From Octopus bimaculoides (lineage: Eukaryota), in assembly GCF_001194135.2 (NCBI RefSeq), contig NC_068999.1, forward strand, positions 15,465,500 to 15,528,825: a stretch of 63,326 nucleotides of DNA, in the 5' to 3' direction. Under the pieces are notes generated by a model. The model was not told the DNA's origin. It saw only the letters and a list, made by a program, of their open reading frames with translations, and ran no database searches. Each line of letters starts with the position of its first letter. Within the stretch, counting starts at the first letter, position 1. Position numbers and translations under genes: made by a program. Shown piece after piece: positions 54,390 to 63,326 of the stretch.

Positions 54390-54726
54390 CTCGTTTAGAT
54401 TCTTTACCTTGCCGATTTATTTCAGATGGTCCAATACAGTTGGAATCGAAACATCAAACCTTGCTGCTAACTCACGCGTAGTTGGAGATGTATCCGCTTC
54501 CACTAGTGTCCAGCTCATCATTATCCACCTTGTTCTCTAGTCTACCACGGGTCGGATTTTCAAGAGTAAAGTCACCAGATCGGAACTTCCCAAACCATCG
54601 ACGTACAGTGCCCTCATTCACCACATCTTTACCAAACACCCCATTGATATTTCGAGCTGTCCTGGATGCATTGGTTCCACGATGGATCTCATATACATAA
54701 ACAACACGAATTGCTGATCTATCTAT
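54390..54726 (-). mobile_element. Mariner transposase N-terminal fragment (Hsmar1-like), well preserved
   Basis: IDRSAIRVVYVYEIHRGTNASRTARNINGVFGKDVVNEGTVRRWFGKFRSGDFTLENPTRGR...VDNDEL / VEADTSPTTRELAARFDVSIPTVLDHLK*IGKVK. Confidence 0.93.
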
Positions 54727-55009
54727 GGGTTCACAAAAAATGATTTACAAGAGAAAACACACAATATAATCAGACACCATGAATTGCATTTCGAAAAGTG
54801 ATGATGTAATTCTTCAATGTTGTAAAACAAAGAATTGTCAGGATAAGGCATTATAGTTAATGTCTGTCAAGCTTGGTGAATAAGAACATCAGACATTTCA
54901 TTCTTACTGGCCTGATAATTACAAGTATATAATAATCTGTAAAGTCTTATCTATCGAGAAAAAGTAATGAGTATTTATTTTTACATATTAACATTAAATC
55001 ACTGATTTG

Positions 55010-55370
55010 GACCGTGGATCTAGACATTTCTGCATCTAAGTCTTATCCTGAGATCCAGACCTTTCCGGAACAACACCGTAGTTCCACTTTCCATTCCCAG
55101 TTGACATGGGGATAAGTAAATCCCGTATCCTCTGAAAATGTGTATCACAATTGAGATGACGTGCATTTATACTACCTATTCTAAGCAAGGCCACGTTTGA
55201 TTAAGAAATAAAAGCAGAAAGAGCTACTCACAGTGATTTTATTGGCGAGATGGGAATGAATGTTCCATCCCCACGGCTACATGTAGATGTTTCTGCGAGT
55301 AGTTCTTTATACAGTCTTTTCTTGATATACATCCTGGAATCTTACACTCCTTTAGGATATTTAGAATTTA
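55010..55370 (-). mobile_element. Tx1/L1-clade LINE relic spanning the ORF1 end and ORF2 start
   Basis: RLYKELLAETS...GDGTFIPISPIKSL*, then ALLRIGSINAR (APE motif I) and SPCQLGMESGTTVLFRKGLDL, matching the FRKSLDL of the element at 1-485. Confidence 0.7.
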
Positions 55371-55426
55371 TAAATTTTTATGTGATCGTTTTTCGCTGTT
55401 AGAATTGATTTTATGTATGTTGGTGT

Positions 55427-56124
55427 CAGTGGCGGCTCGTAGATAAAATTAGTGGGGACGCTGCGTCAGATAATTTTTTGACTTGTTTTAATATTGTGTA
55501 AAAGGAAACAAACAGAAAAAGAAGATTTATGCATAAACTTGATCGGTTCGCGTTTTAGCCACAGCCGGGTAGTGTGTTTAATTTGTTCCTTGAGCACTGC
55601 CGCGAATTCCGCCTTGTTTTTCAGAACCCCGCCCTAAATCACAAGATAAAGGGGAACATATGCCGTATTTTTTCAGATCCTGGCAGCAACACTGAAGCTG
55701 GAAGGAGGATAATAATCTAATTCTACATTTTAATCACATTCAAGCATATAAACACATTTTTAAGCACAACACACGCGAAGTCAAAAAGAAACACTACTTT
55801 TCACCCAGCACGTTCGTTCATGCAGTGCTCTCTCTTCCTAGTACGAAGCTTCCTAACTCAGACATGTGAGCATGCGCAAAACAGCCAAACACCGAGTTGC
55901 TGGAACTGTGAAGCGCGCAGATCTATACAAGGATTTGTGTATTTGTTTCATAAACTATGGGATGGCTACCGACGTTAAGCTTAAGGATTATATAATGTAC
56001 AAGTATAAAGAAAGAACTAAAGAAACAAGGACTCGTTATATTGAATGTTATCGATAATATCGAGTGGAAATAGAGGATGCTGCAGTTCTGCAGTTCTGTA
56101 GTTCCTATACACAAGCCACTACTG
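55427..56124. mobile_element. Non-autonomous hAT-type element (698 bp)
   Basis: Left TIR cagtggcggctcgt; right acaagccactactg (11/14 to the expected acgagccgccactg, all transitions); 8-bp flanks gttggtgt / gatggtgt (7/8). Confidence 0.8.
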
Positions 56125-56719
56125 GATGGTGTGGTAAAAGCGGGGTTATGTAATGTCTGTGTAGATTCTATGTGTTGTATGATGTTTTTTTATCTGTTAG
56201 GAAGGATTTTATGTGTGTTGGTGTGGTAAAATCTGAGTTCGTGATGCCTGCGTGGTTGTATGTGTGTTCCATTAGCTCTTTATCGTTCCCAGTTTATTGC
56301 CGTGTAGTTAATTATGTTTATATTCTACTGATGTTGGGATGTCCAACGTAAGCGTTTTATATGCGAATTGGGTTGCGCTTGTAACGATGGCATGTGCCAT
56401 AATGGTGATGGTACTGGTATTGAGGGGGCTGATGTTGTTAACGGTACTGTTGTAGCTGCTGTTGGGGATGGTGTCTGTGTATTGTTTCTCAAAGGAGTCT
56501 CTCCCTTTTGATTATACCAGCCAGGTTTTCATTTTCTTTTGTTTGACCAGCTGATATGTTGCCATTTAAGCACTTCGACTCCCCCTCCACTACAGGATAT
56601 GCTTGAATGGTCCGAATCGTGTCTTGGAGAGATATTTGATGTTGTCCTGATATTAAAGTTGTTGTTGCTTCGGGTGATTCTATCCTTTCTATGCTTTTGC
56701 TGCTATCTGTGATGTAATA

Positions 56720-57110
56720 CATTCCTTGGTGAAACAGGAATGGCAAAGTCGACCTCTGCGGAATTTGAACCCAGAACATAAAGACCGATGACATGCTGCT
56801 AACCATCTTACTTGGCGTCCTAAAGATTCTGTCAGTTCGACGCCTTTTATAATGATGATAATAATCTTCAATGTATTAAATAATTATAATATTCAATAAT
56901 ACCTGCTTAGCAGGCTTTTAAAGCTCGCTTTATATAATTTAATTACCAATGCATATAACAGGCATTAAATAATATTCTTTTATACTTTAGGTACAAGACC
57001 CGAAATTTTGGGAGAGGGGACCAGTCGATTAGATCGACCCCAGTACGCAACTGGTACTTGATTTATCGGCCCGAAAGGATGAAATGTAAAGTCTACCTCG
57101 GTGGAATTAG
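56720..57110 (-). mobile_element. Two family B SINE fragments
   Basis: 56720-56850 head and core; 56980-57110 tail and core. Confidence 0.8.
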
Positions 57111-57429
57111 GTATTAAATGATACTGAAAGATATATTTTTCAGTGGACTTCAATATATTACTGTCGTTTATATTTTCATCTTCGATGTCATAATTCTCAT
57201 AAATTTCGAATATTTTTCTGTCTTTTTATTTTTTAATTTCGATTTTTTAATTTTTGTTTTATCCCGATAATTCTCTGTGCCGTGAGTAGCATCATAATTA
57301 TTATTGTATTACATATTGAATTACGAAGCTGGGTTGAAAATGAGACTTCATTACGTCTAATCCTCATGAATTTATTGCTAAACTGTTTCGTTTCACTTTG
57401 GAAACGTTTCGGATTTACGTAATTTACAT

Positions 57430-57587
57430 CACGATGTATGTGAAGATGAAGATCATGGGCATGATGACGACGACGACGACTACGACGACGATGACGACAG
57501 CGGCAACGATGACAATAATGACAACGACGATGACGACAACAACGACAACGAGCAAGACGATGTTGTTGTTGATGATGATGTTGTTGT

Positions 57588-57623
<36 letters not shown>

Positions 57624-57970
57624 CGACGACGCCGACGATGAGGATGACGATGATGGCGATGATAGCGATGATGATATCGATAATGATGTCGGTGATGATA
57701 ATGAGAACGACGTCGGTGATGATAATGATCGTTAAAAATGACGACAACAATTACGTACATGAGTGTTTCATATTGATTTTTATTCATCTCCCCATATAAG
57801 CATGTATGTATGTATGTATGTATGCATGTATGTATTTATGTATGTATTTATGTATGTGTGTGTATGTATGTATGTGTGTATGTATGTGTGTGTATGTATG
57901 TGTGTGTGTATGTATGTATCGAAAACAACCATGAAAATGATGACGATGAGTGGTGGTGGTGGTGGTGGNN
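57430..57970. repeat. (GAT/GAC)n, (TATG)n and (GGT)n low-complexity field
   Basis: Directly visible. Confidence 0.97.
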
Positions 57971-58220
57971 NNNNNNNNNNNNNNNNNNNNNNNNNNNNNN
58001 NNNNCGCGTTGTAGTATCGATTGCATCCATGTCTGTCGGACTAATAGTACTTGTGACCATTTGCTAGGCCACATGACCCGCTAGAAATAGCAGCGAACTA
58101 CTTTTCATGCACACATTACCACATTAAATTGTTGAAGCCCAATTTTTTTTTGGTTTTCTTCTTTTGAAGTCTTTCGCAATATACCGGAGGTTAATACAGA
58201 AACAAATGTTACCAACAGTC

Positions 58221-58640
58221 AACAAAAGATAGGTGTAATGTGGCTCTGTAGTAAGAAACTTACTTCCCAACCACATGGCTCCGGGTCCAGTCCCACTGCG
58301 TGGAACCTTAGCTAAGTGTCTTCTACTATAGCCTCAGGTCAACCAAAGCCTTGTGAGTAGATTTGGTAGACGGAAACTCAAAGAAGCCCCTCGTATATAT
58401 GTATGTATATATTAATATGTGTATATCTTTCTGTCTGTGTTTGTCCGCCAGCATTTCTTGACCACAGATGTCGGTGTGTTTACGTCCCCATAACTTAGCG
58501 TTTCGGCGAAAGAGACCGATAGAATAAGTGCTAGGCTTACAAAGAATAAGTCCTGGGGTCGATGCCTTCGACTACAAAAAAATATTTAAGACTGCACTCC
58601 AGCATGTCCGTAGTCAAATGATTGAAACAAGTAAAACAAT
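58221..58640 (+). mobile_element. Family A (CORE-like) SINE, full length
   Basis: Aligns end to end with 1465-1835. Confidence 0.9.
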
Positions 58641-59564
58641 ATAACTATAAAATGATCGTTTAATACACTCACTAGTTTTAGTCACAAGAATGTGGCCATT
58701 CTATGGAACCGTTTTGAAGATTTGAGTCATACAAATCGATAACAGTATTTATTTTTCAGTCTGGTACATTGGTACATATTCTATTGATCTCTGTGCAGAA
58801 CCGCTACTTTGAGTGGACGTAACCAAATCAACACAGGTTGACAAGCGGTGGAGAAACAAAAATCACACAGATACATGATGACTGCTCAGTCTTCACAGAT
58901 GATTGACGATATCGATAATATTGTCGGTGATGATAATGAGAACGGTGATTATAACGATGTCGGTGATGATAATGACATTTCTCACATTCCTTCTAACAAA
59001 TTTACTCAAAAGGCTCTATTCTTCGCTCCCTTTTATTTTTATCCATCAAACTTAACTGACTAGCTGAGTGAACTCGATTTATATCTCATAATTATGTTAT
59101 ATTACCACCGGTAACACATCTACCCGGTACCAGCATGCCACTACCGTAATACGGCGCATACTGCTAATACCTACTTGCCATGTTTATCGTCATAACTCTT
59201 CTATAACATTACTCTATTTTCATATTGATGGTTAAGGTGACGCTCATCACAAGTGTATTATGGCACAGTATATTAGTGGCGTATTTTTATTTCTAATTAA
59301 TTCAATGAAACTTAATGTTTTAAATACCAAAATTGATAAAAGAATTCGAAGCACAACACCACTTTCCACCACCCACAGCCTTCACTGAAAACGTTTTCTT
59401 CGTGGCTGGATTAGAAACTGCTGTACGAATTTCTTTGCTGCATTTTTTATTTTCTTATAAATTCAATGAAGCTTAAGACCCAAAATATAAAACAAATATC
59501 AACATAACTAATAATGTGAATAAAAACAAATGAATTATCAAATATCTATTTATGCAAACAAAAT

Positions 59565-59795
59565 GGGTGAGCTGGCAGAAACGTTAGCATGCCGGTCGAA
59601 ATGCTTAGCGGTATTTCGTCTGCCGCAACGTTCTGAGTTCAAATTCCGCCGAGGTCGACTTTGCCTTTCATCCTTTCGGGGTCGTTTAAATAAGTACCCG
59701 TTACGCACTGGGGTCGATATAATCGACTTAATGCCTTTGTCTGTCCTTGTTCGTCCCCTCTGTGTGTAGCCCCTTGTGGGCAGTAAATAAATAAC
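59565..59795 (+). mobile_element. Family B SINE with alternative 3' tail
   Basis: Intact head and core, then tttgtctgtccttgttcgtcccctctgtgtgtagccccttgtgggcagtaaa. Confidence 0.9.
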
Positions 59796-59885
59796 AAAAT
59801 GGGAAGTAGAGATTTACGGTAATGCAACCTTAAATTAGAACTACGGTACGAGGTACATCTTAAAGGTTTTACACACAGAAGTTCA

Positions 59886-61183
59886 TTAAAATCCTAAACA
59901 ATCACGCTGTTCATTATCTTCATCACTGAATAAATCTTCATAATAAGCAGGAAGAATGATATAATCGTAAGGATTCTCTTCACCTTCGTTGTCCATAGTC
60001 AGAGGTAACACATCATCCACTTCTTTGTCATCCATGTAAATTTCATAGACAAGCGTCTTCTGTACCGTTCAGTGCATTCGAAATCACACATTTCTTGAAT
60101 GATCTGACAACAGTTTCAACTGTTATTTCTTTCCACGAATCAACGATCCATTCACAGATCAGAGGCATACTATTTCCTTTCATGTTCGTTTTTTTCTTCT
60201 CTATCACACATCCAGTTATTTCACTTGATTCTCATCATGTTTTTAAATATCTTATTGATACTAACGTCTAATGGTTGCAAAACACTCGTAAGTTCGTCAG
60301 GAATTACAGATATATATCAGTATTTTGTGACGGGAGGCTATCAACAACATTCTTCACTAGATGTGCGCTAAAATGATCTCACACGAACAAACTATTTTCC
60401 TTTCGTAGTCCACCAGGTCGTAAATTCCAGACACCCTTTATCCATTTTCTACATCCACCATCATCCATCCATCCTTGTGAATGTACATGGATGACAATTC
60501 CTTTTGGAACTTTCTCCTTTTGCATAGTTTTTCTCTTAAAAACAACCATCGGTTTTAATTTAGTACCATGAGCCATACATGAAAGAACTAAAGTAACCAT
60601 ACTTTTCTCGTGGACAGTGGTTCTCATGAATACTGTCTTATTTTTCCTTTTTGATTCATACTTCGATCTTCTGGCATATTAAGAATAACAGCCGTTTCGT
60701 CCATGTTCCCAATACATGATAATGCACACCTCTTCTTCTGCTGATTTCTGATTACAAACCAATGAAACTCTATTATCTTATCATCTTGATCAGCAGGTAG
60801 CTTTTGTGCGACCATGATTCTATGCCGAAGTACTGAGTCATAACGTCTCATGCACCCAGTGTACCATCCAGCACTTGCTTTAAAATCTGGAATTCCATCC
60901 TTCTTTGATTCATTTTGTGCATAAATTCGGATGACTTCACGAGTAACACACTTTCCACCTTGACGGTTTTCAAGTACAGACACTACAACTTTTTTCTCCA
61001 ATTTTGGCCATATTTTCTTTTTGGCGTTGTCTGAAGTTCGTTAGATATCATTCTCCAGTCTCTCACAGGTTTCTCTGAAACATAAAATTCCCTAGTTGCT
61101 TAACAGCTATTTGTCTTCTCAGCAGCTTCAATAATTTCAAGTTTAAAACCTACTGTATATTTGCTGTTTTATCTGGAGGTCAT
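59886..61183 (-). mobile_element. pogo-family (POGK-like) transposase pseudogene: Brinker-like DBD, CENP-B HTH, DDE_1
   Basis: YTVGFKLEII...VRDWR; FKASAGW...MRR...LR.R..VAQKLP; IGNMDET; TLVLSC.A.GTKLKPMVVFK; GWMD; TSVLQPLDVSINK; ICEWIVDSW...VRSFKKCVISNALNGTED. Several stops and frameshifts. Confidence 0.93.
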
Positions 61184-61539
61184 TTTTACGTAAAATGACA
61201 GAGAAATTTCAAATCCTGAATTATACGACTATATTCCACGGGTGCTATACGGAAATTGAGGTCAGCTGAGCTGTGAAGACTCTGACCTAATTTCTTAAAA
61301 TCCCGACAGACTTGATATTTAAAAATTTTCACACCAAATTCCTTCTCTGTCTTCTGTTTTCTCGCCTATTTTTTAACGTTTAAATTGCCATGGGAGGAAT
61401 CGTCAAAAGCTGCACGTCAAATCGAACCTTGCATTAAAGTAAAAAGGAATACCGGTGCAAATTATGTTATGCCATGAAAAGAGCCGTAATATAAAAAAAT
61501 AGATGAGTATGAAACTTACTGTAATAATATAACGATCAT

Positions 61540-62060
61540 GACCACAGGACTTATTCATTGTAACCCTAGTACTTATTCTATCATTTTCTTTTGCCGAACC
61601 GCTAAATTACGGGGACATAAACACACCAGCATCAGTTGTCAAGCGATGTTGGGGTAAAAACACAGACACACAAACATACACACAGACATATATACATATA
61701 CATATATCAGATGGGCTTCTTTCGGTTTCCGTCTACGAAATCCACTCACAAGTCTTTGGTCGGCCCGAGGCTATAGTAGAAGACACTTGCCCAAGGTGCC
61801 ACACAGTGGAACTTAACCCGGAACCATATGGTTGGTAAGCAAGCTACTTTATTTCATAAATATTTGCCATAAAGGCATTACAAAGAGGGGACGAACAAAG
61901 ACAGACAAACATAAAAGGGGTGAAGTAGCTGTATCGATTAAATATTTACAATTTTAAATATACAATAATAATTTGATTATATTTACAATGTTCCAGTAAA
62001 GCATTGCTCATTACAGATGCAATTTGTAATGGCTTACCACACAGCCACTCGTACGCCTGG
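61540..62060 (-). mobile_element. Family A SINE interrupted by a ~186-bp insertion (61850-62035)
   Basis: gcaagctactt at 61849 resumes as ttaccacacagccactc at 62034. Confidence 0.85.
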
Positions 62061-62261
62061 AAAATTTCTAATTTTTTGGCCAAAAATAGGGGGTAGACTT
62101 TGACATAAGGTTTGTACCTTTTCTTTTACGTGTTTATACTCATGCACGTTGCATATCTTTAACATACTCATATATACTTAAATGATAAAATTCTGGAGTA
62201 TGTATATATGTATGTATGAGTGTATGTATGCGTGTGTATGTGTACCTGTATGCGTGTATGT

Positions 62262-62353
62262 ATCTCAACACCGCTTAACAATCGGTCTTAGTGTGTTTAC
62301 GTCCCCGTAATCTGGCGGTTCAGCAAAACAGACCTATAGAATAAATAGCAGGC

Positions 62354-62400
<47 letters not shown>

Positions 62401-62527
62401 GCGCACACACATGCAAACCCCTACTGTGGTCGATTCGTAGNNNNNNNNNNGGTCGATTCGTAGGATCAGAATTTCTTGAAGACGGTGCTCCAGCATGGCC
62501 ACAGTTTAATGACAGAAACAAGTAAAG
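62262..62527 (+). mobile_element. Family A SINE 3' half with (CA)n expansion and a 10-N gap
   Basis: gtgtttacgtccccgtaatctggcggttcagc...ggtgctccagcatggccacagtttaatgacagaaacaag. Confidence 0.75.
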
Positions 62528-62977
62528 CCTAAACGATAAAATAAGCCAATATAGGTATTAACTTTGCACATCTCACGCAGCACCTTATGGCGGGCTTGTT
62601 AGGCTCCCCATACCATAAGACCCGCTGTTTTAAGCATATCCTATTTGTATACAACACCAATCTAATTCCTATCTAGGTCATTGGAAGACACATTCACCGT
62701 TTTTGAGAAGAAGAGACGCAACAGCAGTCACAATACACAATACGCAGCAGAAGAATCTCTCATTCTTTTCTTTCTTTCTTTCCTTCTTTCAGTCCTTCTT
62801 TATTTATTTCTTTCTTTCTTTCTTTCTCTTGCTGGCTAGCACTCACTCACACACACACACAGACTTCCATCTTTTCTCACTCATCTAATCGCACGCACAC
62901 AAACACACAGACATACACGTCCATTCATCCGCACCCAGCTATACGCGCACACACCAACACACATACACACACGCACG

Positions 62978-63020
<43 letters not shown>

Positions 63021-63326
63021 TTATAGATGCCTGCATACAAGCACATCCTCATTTTGAGTCGATGTTTTTTTTCCTTTCTTTTCTGTTTGTCGTATTGTTG
63101 GTTGATGACAATTTTAATTGAACGGAACTCTTTACTCCATACGTCTGCGGCAACTGAAGGCTTCGCGGCTAGGGTCAAGAGTTCACGCTGATTCCACATG
63201 GTGATTTCGGCTTCAATCCTGTGTAGCCGCCGACCTATATTTTCTAACGGAAACTCAGTAGACGCCCATTGTATACATACTCACACGTGTGTGTGTCTTT
63301 GTATTCACACACACACACACACACAC

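Noticed and set aside
55230-55335. Apparent minus-strand exon with gtgagt donor
   Set aside because: Better explained as the Tx1 ORF1 end directly before the ORF2 motif LRIGSINAR.
203-63199. Dozens of long ORFs in the supplied track (YLSI, CVCV, THTH, poly-I/Y/L/S, X runs)
   Set aside because: They are translations of microsatellites or N-gaps, not genes.

Overview
AT-rich, microsatellite-dense eukaryotic draft sequence with 12 N-gaps. The SINE families, LINE content and extreme simple-repeat load point to an octopus/cephalopod genome (inference, not searched). I found no host protein-coding exon, tRNA, rRNA or CRISPR array that I can support; the window reads as intronic or intergenic. Most ORFs in the supplied track are microsatellite or N artefacts; the rest are mostly transposon relics or unassigned. 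Clear elements: Tx1/L1-type LINE pieces, four mariner relics, a POGK-like pogo transposase, a Neptune-type Penelope GIY-YIG, a HERO-like fragment, a hAT MITE with an 8-bp TSD and three SINE families. A layer of very old RTE-like RT fragments is recognisable only by eye-aligned motifs. The most interesting item is a Penelope-type minimal hammerhead ribozyme core inside a perfect 32-bp inverted repeat at 16463-16533, abutting a gap. All protein and family assignments are by-eye motif matches and need HMM/BLAST confirmation. I do not see convincing evidence of a wholly new system.
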